This document shows positions 9,913-19,038 of a stretch of 54,503 nt of DNA, piece after piece. The number at the start of each line of letters is the position of its first letter. Position 1 is the first letter of the stretch. The notes under the pieces are model-generated. The model did no database searches. It saw nothing but the letters and a program-made list of their open reading frames with translations, and had not been told where the DNA came from. Origin of the DNA: a bacterium (GTDB lineage Bacteria; Actinomycetota; Coriobacteriia; Coriobacteriales; Eggerthellaceae); assembly GCA_963597045.1 (NCBI GenBank), contig CAVBOO010000001.1, positions 1-54,503 of the forward strand. The letters are read 5' to 3'. Position numbers and translations under genes: made by a program.

Positions 9913-11256
9913 ATGATCGGTCGTTACACCCGCCCTGCCATGGGCGCTATTTGGGAACTCCAGAACAAATTCGAGATTTGGCAGGAAATCGAGGTGCTTG
10001 CCTGCGAAGCTCAGGCCGAGCTTGGCCAGATCGGCATCACCAAGGATGAAGCCGCCTACATCCGCGAGCACACCAATTTCACGGTTCCCGAAATCGACGA
10101 GATCGAGAAAGTCACCAATCACGACGTCATCGCCTTTAAAACGGTTATGGCGAACTACGTCAACGCCGACATCCCCGAAGGCGAGCCTAAGCCCGGCCGC
10201 TGGATTCACTTCGGCATGACCTCCTCCGACCTGGGCGACACTGCGTTGAGCTATCAGGTTACCCAGGCGCTCGACATCATTCTTGAGGATGTTAAGCAGC
10301 TTGGCGAGACCTGCAAGCGCCGCGCCTTCGAGATGAAGGATGTGCTCTGCGTTGGTCGCACCCATGGCATTCACGCCGAGCCCATGACCTTCGGCATGAA
10401 GTTCGGATCGTGGGCTTGGGCCCTGAAGCGTGCTCAGACTCGCCTTGAGCAGGCTCGCGAGGTAAGCGCAACGGGCGCCATCTCGGGCGCGGTGGGCACC
10501 TATTCCAACATCGATCCTTTCGTTGAGGAATATGTCTGCGAGAAGCTTGGTCTTACCCCTGATCCCTTGTCCACGCAGGTCATCGCGCGCGATCGCCATG
10601 CAGGCGCCATGTCCGCCCTGGCCGTGACCGCTTCCACCTTGGAATCCATTGCCATGCAGGTGCGCCTGCTTCAGCAGTCCGATGTCATCGAGGCCGAAGA
10701 GCCCTTCACCAAGGGTCAGAAGGGTTCCTCCGCCATGCCCCACAAGCGCAACCCCATCACTGCGGAGCGCGTGTGCGGCCTGTCCCGCGTGGTCAAGGCG
10801 AACACCCAGGTGGCCTATGACAACGTGGCCCTTTGGTACGAGCGCGACATCTCGCACTCCGGCGCCGAGCGCGTTGCCCTGGCCGACTCCTTCATCGCCT
10901 TGGACTACATGTTCAGCAAGATGCAGTGGATGCTCGATGGCCTGCAGACCTACCCCAACAAGATGGAGCACAACCTCTGGCGCACCAAGGGCCTGATCTT
11001 CTCGTCCAAGGTTCTTCTTGCTCTGGTTCAGACGGGCCTCACCAACGAAGAGGCTTACGTTATCGTTCAGCGCAACGCCATGGCGGTTTGGGACGACATT
11101 CAGCAGGCAGTCGATGGCCCCAGCTATCGTGAGCGCATCGAGGCCGACCCCGATGCCGCCGGTATTGCCGACAAGCTCGACGAGATCTTCGATCCGTGGG
11201 CGTTCTTGACTCGCAAGGATCGCGTGTTCGATCGCCTGGAAGGTCTGGAGTTCTAG
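9913..11256 (+). CDS. purB: Adenylosuccinate lyase
   Basis: HDVIAF, TSSD, GRTHGIHAEP and SSAMPHKRNP signature. Confidence 0.97.
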   Translation: MIGRYTRPAMGAIWELQNKFEIWQEIEVLACEAQAELGQIGITKDEAAYIREHTNFTVPEIDEIEKVTNHDVIAFKTVMANYVNADIPEGEPKPGRWIHFGMTSSDLGDTALSYQVTQALDIILEDVKQLGETCKRRAFEMKDVLCVGRTHGIHAEPMTFGMKFGSWAWALKRAQTRLEQAREVSATGAISGAVGTYSNIDPFVEEYVCEKLGLTPDPLSTQVIARDRHAGAMSALAVTASTLESIAMQVRLLQQSDVIEAEEPFTKGQKGSSAMPHKRNPITAERVCGLSRVVKANTQVAYDNVALWYERDISHSGAERVALADSFIALDYMFSKMQWMLDGLQTYPNKMEHNLWRTKGLIFSSKVLLALVQTGLTNEEAYVIVQRNAMAVWDDIQQAVDGPSYRERIEADPDAAGIADKLDEIFDPWAFLTRKDRVFDRLEGLEF

Positions 11257-11307
11257 GAAACTCGGACCCTAGATGTCGTACAATCACCCGTAACAAAACG
11301 GGAAAGG

Positions 11308-11994
11308 ATGCTCATGGAAGAGTACAAGAAGGAATTCATCGAGTTCATGGTCGAGAGCCAGGTGCTCAAGTTCGGTTCGTTCACCTTGAAGTCCGGCCGC
11401 CAGAGCCCCTTCTTCATGAACGCCGGCGCATACGTCACGGGCGATCAGCTTCATCGCTTGGGCCTGTATTACGCACGCGCCATCCATGACAACTTCGGTG
11501 ACGACTTCGACGTGGTCTTCGGCCCTGCTTACAAGGGTATCCCCCTGTCCGTCGTCACGGCCATGGCTTACCACGAGCTTTACGGCAAAGAGATCAAATA
11601 CTGCTCCAATCGCAAAGAGGTCAAGGACCACGGCGAGGGCGGTAAGCTTCTGGGCCATGTTCTTCAAGACGGTGACCGCGTGGTCATGGTTGAGGACGTT
11701 ACGACTTCCGGCAAGTCCATCGACGAGACGCATCCCATCATCACCGAGGCCGCCGACATCGAGATCAAGGGCCTTATCGTTTCCCTGAACCGCCAAGAGG
11801 TGGGCAAGGGTGGCGTGAAGTGCGCTTGCGACGAGGTTTCCGAGAAGTACGGTTTCCCCACGGCCGCCATCGTCACGATGTCCGAGGTCACCGAGTACCT
11901 GTACAACCGTGAGGTCCAGGGCAAGGTGCTCATCGACGACGAGATGAAGAAGAGCATCGACGCCTACTACGAGCAGTACGGCGCCAAGGAGTAA
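11308..11994 (+). CDS. pyrE: Orotate phosphoribosyltransferase
   Basis: FTLKSGRQSP, GPAYKGIP, NRKEVKDHGEGG and VEDVTTSG PRPP motif. Confidence 0.95.
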   Translation: MLMEEYKKEFIEFMVESQVLKFGSFTLKSGRQSPFFMNAGAYVTGDQLHRLGLYYARAIHDNFGDDFDVVFGPAYKGIPLSVVTAMAYHELYGKEIKYCSNRKEVKDHGEGGKLLGHVLQDGDRVVMVEDVTTSGKSIDETHPIITEAADIEIKGLIVSLNRQEVGKGGVKCACDEVSEKYGFPTAAIVTMSEVTEYLYNREVQGKVLIDDEMKKSIDAYYEQYGAKE

Positions 11995-12089
11995 GCTGCT
12001 TTTTGGCCTGCGGGCTTGCGCATGGCAGTAAGCCTGGGCCCGCAAAGGCGGGTCGGTCGGCGCGCTGGTCTGCGATTTTAAGCTAGTGA

Positions 12090-12124
12090 AAAAGCCTCGT
12101 TCCTTTAAAGGAGCGAGGCTTTTG
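12090..12124. terminator. Bidirectional intrinsic terminator (pyrE / aroE)
   Basis: aaaagcctcgttcct-ttaa-aggagcgaggctttt. Confidence 0.8.
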
Positions 12125-12202
12125 TTGTTGAGCTGTGGATTTGAGCTTTGCTTCTGGGTTGTGAAGCTTTGCTCGGGTGTTGCTTGGCACCGGCTGGTGC
12201 GC

Positions 12203-13072
12203 TTACTCCATTTCCAGATCGGAAACTTCGAGTGGCATTGGCTGGCCGGTCCAGAGCTCGAACTGCTTTGCACCCTGGTAGAAGAGCATGGACAGGCCGT
12301 TTGCGCACTGGCAGCCGGCTTCCTTGGCAAGTGAGAGAAGCTTGGTTTCCGCCGGTGAGTAGATGGCATCCTGTACGGCCATGCCGGCGGGGAAGTAGCT
12401 GGCATCGGGGACGACGCTTTGGCCTTCGAGTTCTGCCATGCCGACGTTGGTGGTGTTGGCGAGCATCTGCGCCGTCGCCATTTCTTCTTTAAGAAGGTCA
12501 AGATCGTTTAAGTCGCACAGGCGGGCCTTGCAGGAGCTTTTCTCGTTGATGAGCGCGACGGTTTCGGCAGCGTGGCCCCATGACTTGCCGCCTGCGCGAT
12601 TGAAGACGACGAGCTCGCCCAGCTCGTAATCCATGGCAGCGGTGATGGCAACGGCTGAACCTGCGCCGCCCAGGCCCAGGAGAACCATCTTGTTGCCCTT
12701 TACGGTAACGCCCATATCCTCGAAGGCTTTGAGCATGCCGTAGCCGTCGGTGTTGTAGCCGAAGAGCACGCCGTCGTTGTTGACAACCGTGTTGCAGGCT
12801 CCGATCATCTGGGCGGTTGGGTCGATGTGGTCGAAGTGGGGCAGGCAGGCGATCTTGTTGGGCATGGTAAGGCTGCATCCGCGAATTCCCAGGGTACGTA
12901 CGGCGGTAAGGCAGTCACCGATTGTCTGTTCGTTGGCGGTGAAGGCGACGTAGGCGTAATCGAGCCCGGCTTTGGTGAAGGCTTTGTTGTGAAGCTTGGG
13001 GGAGAAGCTGTGCTTAACGGGGTCGCCGAAGACGCAGCAGACTCCTGTTCGTGCGGTGATACGTGAGGTCAT
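12203..13072 (-). CDS. aroE: Shikimate dehydrogenase (AroE/YdiB family)
   Basis: HSFSPKLHN, TMPNK, GACNT, NTDGYG, GLGGAG and MLFYQG motifs. Confidence 0.9.
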   Translation of the reverse strand: MTSRITARTGVCCVFGDPVKHSFSPKLHNKAFTKAGLDYAYVAFTANEQTIGDCLTAVRTLGIRGCSLTMPNKIACLPHFDHIDPTAQMIGACNTVVNNDGVLFGYNTDGYGMLKAFEDMGVTVKGNKMVLLGLGGAGSAVAITAAMDYELGELVVFNRAGGKSWGHAAETVALINEKSSCKARLCDLNDLDLLKEEMATAQMLANTTNVGMAELEGQSVVPDASYFPAGMAVQDAIYSPAETKLLSLAKEAGCQCANGLSMLFYQGAKQFELWTGQPMPLEVSDLEME

Positions 13073-13389
13073 GGATGCTCCTGTTCCTTCAATCGCATTG
13101 CGCCGCGGTGGTGTCCTGCTGAGTTTGAGGGCACGCGCTTCCGGCGCGCTGCCAAGCTATGCGGTGGGTAAGCTGTTCCTCATTATAGGCTGCATCTTGA
13201 TTCCGCTTGCCAAGTGTTTGCCCAGCGAGCGTTTGGTTTTACAGAAGCAATGGAACTATGGCTTGCGGGTGTGTTCGTTAACGTTGACACATGCGCATCG
13301 ATTGTTCATTGCGAGCCTTACTTGTCACCAATAGGCTAATTCGTGCATGAAATGAAAAATCGTGTATGAAACGAATGAAAGGAGCTCAG

Positions 13390-14373
13390 GTGAAAAGGAT
13401 TATCGCTTGCCTGACCGTTATGACCGCCGCGCTTGCCCTGGTGTTTGCCTTGGCCGGTTGCGGAAGCACCGATTCCCAGAGCAAATCCAGCTCTGAGACC
13501 AAGTCGGTGACCATCGGCACTTTGGCTACCGAGGATATCCTGCCCATGTGGGTTGCCGAAAGCGAGTCCTTGTTCGCCGACGCCGGCATCGACGCCACGG
13601 TGACCACCTTCCAATCGGCCACCGAGCTCATCGCCGCCGTTAACGCCGGCGAGGTCGACCTTGCGATGACCGACCCCATGGTTACCGCTTCGCTTTACGC
13701 TTCCGGCACCGATGTTCAGGTTTCCTGGGTCACTTTGGGCATGGACGCCAAGCAGGGTCGCTTCGGCATCATGACTTCCGATAGTTCCGTCAAGAGCCTG
13801 AAGGATTTGGCGGGCGTGCCCATCGGCGTTGGGTCCAACACCATCCTTGAGTACGTCATGGACACGCTGATGGAAAACGCTGGCGTGGATGATGGCGATA
13901 TCAAGGTCGAGGAACTGCAAAAGCTTCCCGTTCGCTACGAGTCCATGGCATCCGGCCAGGTTAAGGCCGCAGCCCTGCCTGCAAGCTTGCTGGCCTTGGG
14001 CGAGGCAAACGGCTTCACGGTCGTCGCCGACGACACCACGGGCGAGAACATCTCCCAGTCGGTCATGATCGTGCGCTCCGAGTTCATCAGCGATGAAGCC
14101 GGTCAGAACACGCTTGACGCCCTTAAGGATGTTTGGAACAAGGCGGTCGAGAAGATCAACGCCAACCCCAGCGATTACCGCTCCCTACTTGCCGAGAAGG
14201 CCAACCTCTCCGATGCCATTGCTGAAACCTACGAGGTTAGCGAGTATCCCACTTGCCAGCTTCCCGAGCAGAAGATGATTGACAACGTTCTTACTTGGAT
14301 GAAGAAGAAGGGTTACCTTGACGAAGGCATCACCTACGATGCGGAAACCGGCTGCTTCAAGGGTCGCAGCTAG
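13390..14373 (+). CDS. NitT/TauT/SsuA-type ABC transporter substrate-binding lipoprotein
   Basis: Lipobox LAGC, type-2 periplasmic binding fold. GTG start after AAGGAG. Confidence 0.85.
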   Translation: MKRIIACLTVMTAALALVFALAGCGSTDSQSKSSSETKSVTIGTLATEDILPMWVAESESLFADAGIDATVTTFQSATELIAAVNAGEVDLAMTDPMVTASLYASGTDVQVSWVTLGMDAKQGRFGIMTSDSSVKSLKDLAGVPIGVGSNTILEYVMDTLMENAGVDDGDIKVEELQKLPVRYESMASGQVKAAALPASLLALGEANGFTVVADDTTGENISQSVMIVRSEFISDEAGQNTLDALKDVWNKAVEKINANPSDYRSLLAEKANLSDAIAETYEVSEYPTCQLPEQKMIDNVLTWMKKKGYLDEGITYDAETGCFKGRS

Positions 14374-14396
14374 GAACCCGTTCGCTTGAGTAAAAT

Positions 14397-14440
14397 CAAG
14401 GACCAAGGCGAGTTTGCGCCTTGGTCCTTGTTCTTGTTTA
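14397..14440 (+). terminator. Intra-operon 14-bp stem-loop after the binding-protein gene (partial terminator or mRNA stabiliser)
   Basis: caaggaccaaggcg-agtttg-cgccttggtccttg followed by ttcttgttt. Confidence 0.6.
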
Positions 14441-14455
14441 CAGAGGAGCTTCAGT

Positions 14456-15250
14456 TTGCTTGTATTCGATAAGCTTGTGGTGGATTATCGCATCGATGAC
14501 GCAGGTCAAGCGACCATGCGTGCGCTTGATGGCTTGAGCTTGGAGCTCGCGTCGGGCGAGGCCGTGTCGATCATCGGGCCTTCGGGCTGCGGCAAATCGA
14601 CCCTGCTGCGCTTGGCTGCAGGCCTGATGCAACCGAGCTCGGGCACGGTGAGCCTGGACGGCGTGGAGCTTAAAAACCCTCGGTCGGACACGGCTTTGAT
14701 CTTGCAGGATTACGGCCTGCTCCCCTGGAAATCGGTGTATGCCAACGCGGAATTGGGCTTGAAGATCGCCCATGTTGCCGCGCCGGAGCGCAAAACCCGC
14801 ACACTCGAGGCCTTGAAGAAGGTTGGCTTGGCGGGTTTTGAGAAGCGCTATCCCGCAGAGCTTTCGGGAGGAATGCAGCAGCGCTTGGCCTTGGCGCGCG
14901 CCCTTGCCATGGACGTGAACCTTCTTTTAATGGATGAGCCCCTGTCGGCCTTGGACGCGCTGATGCGCGAGGAGCTTCAAGATACTCTGCTCGACCTGTG
15001 GAAGAGCTCGAAGCATAGCCAGATTCTAGTGACCCACTCCATCGAGGAGGCGGTGTTCTTAGGCCAGCGTATCGTGGTCATGTCGCCCAGGCCGGGGCGT
15101 GTGCTTGGGATTGTGGACAACCCGGAAATGGGCGCGCGAACTTATCGCAGCGACGATGTGTTCTTCGAGCGCTGCAAGAAAGTGCGCTCCTTGCTTGATA
15201 CGGGTGTGGCGCAGGCTGCCGGTAAGGAAAAGGGGGCAACGCATGAATAA
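14456..15250 (+). CDS. NitT/TauT-type ABC transporter ATP-binding protein
   Basis: GPSGCGKST, LSGGMQQR, LLMDEP, VTHSIEEA. TTG start after GAGGAG. Confidence 0.92.
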   Translation: MLVFDKLVVDYRIDDAGQATMRALDGLSLELASGEAVSIIGPSGCGKSTLLRLAAGLMQPSSGTVSLDGVELKNPRSDTALILQDYGLLPWKSVYANAELGLKIAHVAAPERKTRTLEALKKVGLAGFEKRYPAELSGGMQQRLALARALAMDVNLLLMDEPLSALDALMREELQDTLLDLWKSSKHSQILVTHSIEEAVFLGQRIVVMSPRPGRVLGIVDNPEMGARTYRSDDVFFERCKKVRSLLDTGVAQAAGKEKGATHE

Positions 15251-16001
15251 TGCAATCAAGCAGGTGCTTTGCTATGTCTTCGGCATTGTTTTCGTGCTGG
15301 CGGCTTGGGAGCTTGGCTCGCTTGCCCTGAACACTCCCGCTTTCCCCACGCCGCAGGAAACGGTTCCGGTGTTTTGCCGCTACGCCGAGGCCCTGGTGCC
15401 CGATTTCTGCATTAGTTTGCACCGCGTTGGGTTCTCGCTGGTGGTGGGCACTGCGCTTGGCCTGCCGCTGGGTTTGTTCCTAGGCCGCTCGCGCAAGGTC
15501 GACGCGCTCTTTGCGCCCGTCCTGTACATCTTGTACCCGTTGCCCAAGATCGTGATTTTGCCTATCTTGCTGGTTTTGTTCGGCTTGGGCGGCACCCCGA
15601 AAATCGTCCTCATCACTTTGACGATCTTCTTCCAGGTGGTCATGGTCATGCGCGATGCCGCCAAGGCGATTCCCGAGCCCATGATCGAGTCGGTGCGCAG
15701 CTTGGGCGCAAGCAAGTTTGACGAGTGGCGCCACGTCATCTTGCCCAGCACCCTGCCCGAGCTCTTCACCACCCTACGTGTTTCCACGGCCATCGCCATC
15801 GCCGTCCTGTTCTTCAGCGAGTCGATCGCGGGTTCCACCGGCGTGGGCTATTTCATCATGAACTCGTGGGCCATGGTCAACTATCCGCGCATGTTCGCGG
15901 GTATTATCGCGCTTGCCATTTTGGGTGTGCTCATTTACCTGTTCTTCGACCTATGCGAGCGCAGGCTTACTCGCTGGCGTCGTGCGGGGCAGCGCTGGTA
16001 G
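15243..16001 (+). CDS. NitT/TauT-type ABC transporter permease
   Basis: Multiple TM helices and EAA-like loop (ESVRSLGAS). Overlaps the ATPase stop. Confidence 0.92.
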   Translation: MNNAIKQVLCYVFGIVFVLAAWELGSLALNTPAFPTPQETVPVFCRYAEALVPDFCISLHRVGFSLVVGTALGLPLGLFLGRSRKVDALFAPVLYILYPLPKIVILPILLVLFGLGGTPKIVLITLTIFFQVVMVMRDAAKAIPEPMIESVRSLGASKFDEWRHVILPSTLPELFTTLRVSTAIAIAVLFFSESIAGSTGVGYFIMNSWAMVNYPRMFAGIIALAILGVLIYLFFDLCERRLTRWRRAGQRW

Positions 16002-16050
16002 AGCCGAGCCTCCCTAGGTAAGGAGTGGCGAAGGCGGTGCGCCATCGTGC

Positions 16051-16124
16051 CCGAGTGCTTGCTGCTCCCGCGCCTCTTGTCTGAGTGCTCGCCGCTCCTC
16101 CACCTTTCGTCCGAGCGTTTGCCG
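16051..16124. repeat. Degenerate 30-bp tandem repeat, ~2.5 copies, intergenic
   Basis: ccgagtgcttgctgctcccgcgcctcttgt / ctgagtgctcgccgctcctccacctttcgt / ccgagcgtttgccg. Confidence 0.5.
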
Positions 16125-16265
16125 TGATAGTTCGTCGCGAGCAGGAGCGCGAGCAGCGGTGCAAGAAGCAGCACGATCGCCCGCGCGCCTCCCCAGGCAG
16201 TCGGCGCCGGTGGTTTGAGGAGCGAGGTTTGAGGGGTAAAAGCCCGACATGGTATCGTCTTGAGC

Positions 16266-16853
16266 ATGAGGAAACGCACCCAACAGACTGAGCGCACCAA
16301 GGCCGACATCGAGCAGGCTTTTTGGCGTTTGTATGCGCAAAAGCCCATCGAGAAGATAACGGTTGCCCAGGTTTGCGAGCTTGCCGGATACAATCGCGGC
16401 ACCTTCTACCTGCACTTTCAGGATGTCTACCAGCTTTTGGAGATAATCGAGGACCGCTTTTTGCAGGGCATGGTTGCCTGTGTTGAATCGTGCATGAAGC
16501 GCCTGTCCGACGATGGCTCCAAGCTTGCCCGCATTGCCGCCTTGGCGGAAGTCGTTGCCTATTACGAGCGCAACAAACGCTACATCGTGGTTTTGCTGAG
16601 CGACACGGGCGACCCCTCGTTTCTAATCAAGCTCAAGCAGGGGCTTAAGCCCTTGTGGCGCAAGTACGTGGTGGCAGATGCCGGCGAGCACTCCGAGCAG
16701 GAAATCGATTTGATCTTGGAATACACCCTCACGGGAACCTTGTTCATGATCTCGCGCTGGTTGCAGGACCCGGGAGATATATCGAAATCCCAGATCGGCC
16801 GCTTGATTTACGATGCGGCAATTCGCGATGTGAGCCTGCGCGCCGCGCAGTAA
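16266..16853 (+). CDS. TetR/AcrR family transcriptional regulator
   Basis: ITVAQVCELAGYNRGTFYLHF HTH. Confidence 0.9.
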   Translation: MRKRTQQTERTKADIEQAFWRLYAQKPIEKITVAQVCELAGYNRGTFYLHFQDVYQLLEIIEDRFLQGMVACVESCMKRLSDDGSKLARIAALAEVVAYYERNKRYIVVLLSDTGDPSFLIKLKQGLKPLWRKYVVADAGEHSEQEIDLILEYTLTGTLFMISRWLQDPGDISKSQIGRLIYDAAIRDVSLRAAQ

Positions 16854-16891
16854 GAAGCTTGGGGCAATCGGGACAGCTCGCTGTCTTGCGC

Positions 16892-18235
16892 CTATTTGCC
16901 CAAAGGAAGCTTGACGCTGAAAACGGTGAGTTTCTCGTCGCTCGCCGCACCTATCGAGCCGTGATGCTCCTCGACGATCTTCGCGGCGATGCTCAATCCC
17001 AAGCCATGACCGGCTGCATCGCTGTGGGTTCGTGCTTTGTCGGCGCGATAGAAACGGTCGAACACGTGCGGCAGGTCCTCGGCGGGAATCTGCGCGCCGG
17101 AATTGGACACGCTGAACAGAGCCTGGTTGCCTTCCTTCTTTAAAAGTACGTTGACTTGGCCGCCCTCGCCTGCGTACTTGCAGGCGTTTTCGAGCAGAGT
17201 GTTCACCAGGCGGTCGATCTTGTTCTCGTCGCCTTGAAGGACGATGCCTTCCTCGACTTGGTCGGTGATGGCGATGTTGTTTTCCCAGGCCAGCGATTCG
17301 AATTGCAAAAGCGTGCCTTCAACGATGGTGGAAAGGTCGAGCTGCGAGAGCTGATGGCTTTCCGGCAGGCCTTCGTCAAGGCGGGCGAGGGTGAGCATGT
17401 CGTCCACCAGACCCTGCATGCGCTTGGCCTCGTGCTCGGTGCTTTCGAGCCATTGCGATTGACTTGCCACGCTTGAATCCGCATGCTTTTGCACAAGCGA
17501 GGTGTTGGCCAAAATGACAGTGAGCGGGGTCTTCAGCTCGTGCGAGGCATCTGCCACGAAATTCTTCTGCGCTGTCCAGGCTTCCTCCACGGGCTTTAAG
17601 GCCCAGCGGCTGAAGTACAGGCTGATGATGAAGAAGACGATGATTGCGCCCAGCCCTGCCAGAACAAGGATCACCGCGAGTTGCTGCCATCCTTGGATGG
17701 AGCTCATGTCGGCGTAGGCGACGTAGGCGGTGTCGCCAATGAAGGCGACGTGGCAGTACAGCCCTAAGTCGTCCAAGGCCTCGCTTTTCTGCACGATGTT
17801 CGTGCTTTGGTTGAAGTCGGAGGAATGGATGGTGTCGGTAAGCGCATCCTCAAGGATGTAGTCGGACAGGCGCGCAGAACTTGCATCGGACAGGTAGGTG
17901 TAGGATCCGTCCGAGCTTACCTTGTACACCGCGATGGGCGTTAGGTCCTTGTCGCCCCGGTTGCCGATGCTTGATGCAACCTTGGAGCGGTCGTTCTTAG
18001 CCATATCTACGGCGTCGGACTTGCTGATGTCGCCCGATTGCTCGAGCGCATAGGTGACGTAGGGTTTAAGCGCCTCGTCAAGCGCGCCGTCGACCTGCGC
18101 CTGAGTTTGCTGGTGGTTGAAGAAGAGGATGCCGCCCAAAACGACGACGAGCACGAGCGCGACCGTCGCCATGTTCAAAGCCACGAACTTGCTGCGCAGC
18201 TTTCCGAGCATGGATTTGTTTTTGAACAGCGTCAT
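16892..18235 (-). CDS. Two-component sensor histidine kinase
   Basis: Two TM helices, ADASHELKTPL H-box, ENACKY N-box, FDRFYR, GHGLGL. Confidence 0.95.
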   Translation of the reverse strand: MTLFKNKSMLGKLRSKFVALNMATVALVLVVVLGGILFFNHQQTQAQVDGALDEALKPYVTYALEQSGDISKSDAVDMAKNDRSKVASSIGNRGDKDLTPIAVYKVSSDGSYTYLSDASSARLSDYILEDALTDTIHSSDFNQSTNIVQKSEALDDLGLYCHVAFIGDTAYVAYADMSSIQGWQQLAVILVLAGLGAIIVFFIISLYFSRWALKPVEEAWTAQKNFVADASHELKTPLTVILANTSLVQKHADSSVASQSQWLESTEHEAKRMQGLVDDMLTLARLDEGLPESHQLSQLDLSTIVEGTLLQFESLAWENNIAITDQVEEGIVLQGDENKIDRLVNTLLENACKYAGEGGQVNVLLKKEGNQALFSVSNSGAQIPAEDLPHVFDRFYRADKARTHSDAAGHGLGLSIAAKIVEEHHGSIGAASDEKLTVFSVKLPLGK

Positions 18236-18238
18236 TGA

Positions 18239-18919
18239 TTATTCTTCGTCTTTCACCGAGAGGCGGTAGCCGAGCTTGCGCAGCGCTTCGATCTGCACGT
18301 TGGCGCCGATGAAGCGGAACTTCTTACGCAAGAAGGATACATAAGCTTCGACGTTGTTGTCCTCGGCCTGCGAATCGACGCCCCAGATTTTGTTGCGGAT
18401 GCTGTCTTTGGGCAGGATCTGGTCGTGGTTGGTCATGAGCAGACGCGCGAGTTGGAATTCCTTATGGCTCAGGTGCACGGTTTTACCGTTGCAGCTGAGG
18501 TCCTGGTTTTCCAGGTCGAGCTCCAGGTTGCCAACCTGGGTGGTTTCGAAATGCACCTCGCCCTGGCGACGCAGCAGCGCGCGCAGGTGGGCAAGCAGCT
18601 CGGAAGGGCTGAAAGGCTTGGTCATGTAATCGTCGGCTCCGGAGTCGAAGCCGCGGATTTTGTCGGGGATCTCGGCGCGCGCGGTGAGCATGAGCACCGG
18701 GCAGGAAATGCCCTTGCGGCGCAGCGCGGTTACCACCTCGAAGCCGTTCATCTTGGGCATCATGACGTCCAAGATGATGACGTCGTAAATGCCGGATTCG
18801 CCGTAATCGAGCGCGCTTTGCCCATCATGCACCAGGTCAACCTGATAATCGTTTTCCTCAAGAATTGCGCCAAGGGCCTGCGCCAAGCGAACATCATCTT
18901 CGGCGATAAGCACTTCCAT
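18239..18919 (-). CDS. OmpR-family response regulator
   Basis: AEDD, LDVMMP and GADDYMTKPF receiver motifs, winged-helix C-terminus. AAGGAG RBS before the ATG at 18919. Confidence 0.95.
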   Translation of the reverse strand: MEVLIAEDDVRLAQALGAILEENDYQVDLVHDGQSALDYGESGIYDVIILDVMMPKMNGFEVVTALRRKGISCPVLMLTARAEIPDKIRGFDSGADDYMTKPFSPSELLAHLRALLRRQGEVHFETTQVGNLELDLENQDLSCNGKTVHLSHKEFQLARLLMTNHDQILPKDSIRNKIWGVDSQAEDNNVEAYVSFLRKKFRFIGANVQIEALRKLGYRLSVKDEE

Positions 18920-18951
18920 GGCAGCTCCTTTGCAAACAGGGCGAAGCGGGA

Positions 18952-18989
18952 CGAAAAAAGGATGTCCGGACAGGTATCCGAACATCCTT
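18952..18989 (-). terminator. Putative intrinsic terminator downstream of the deacetylase gene
   Basis: aaggatgtccgga-caggta-tccgaacatcctt, with an A-run on + (U-tract on -). Confidence 0.55.
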
Positions 18990-19038
18990 GATTTTAGCGA
19001 TAAAGCTGAAACAGGGCTTAAAGTCGGGGTGGTTGCGC

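Noticed and set aside
16051..16124. Possible mini-CRISPR array
   Set aside because: The units are contiguous and degenerate with no unique spacers, and there are no cas genes.
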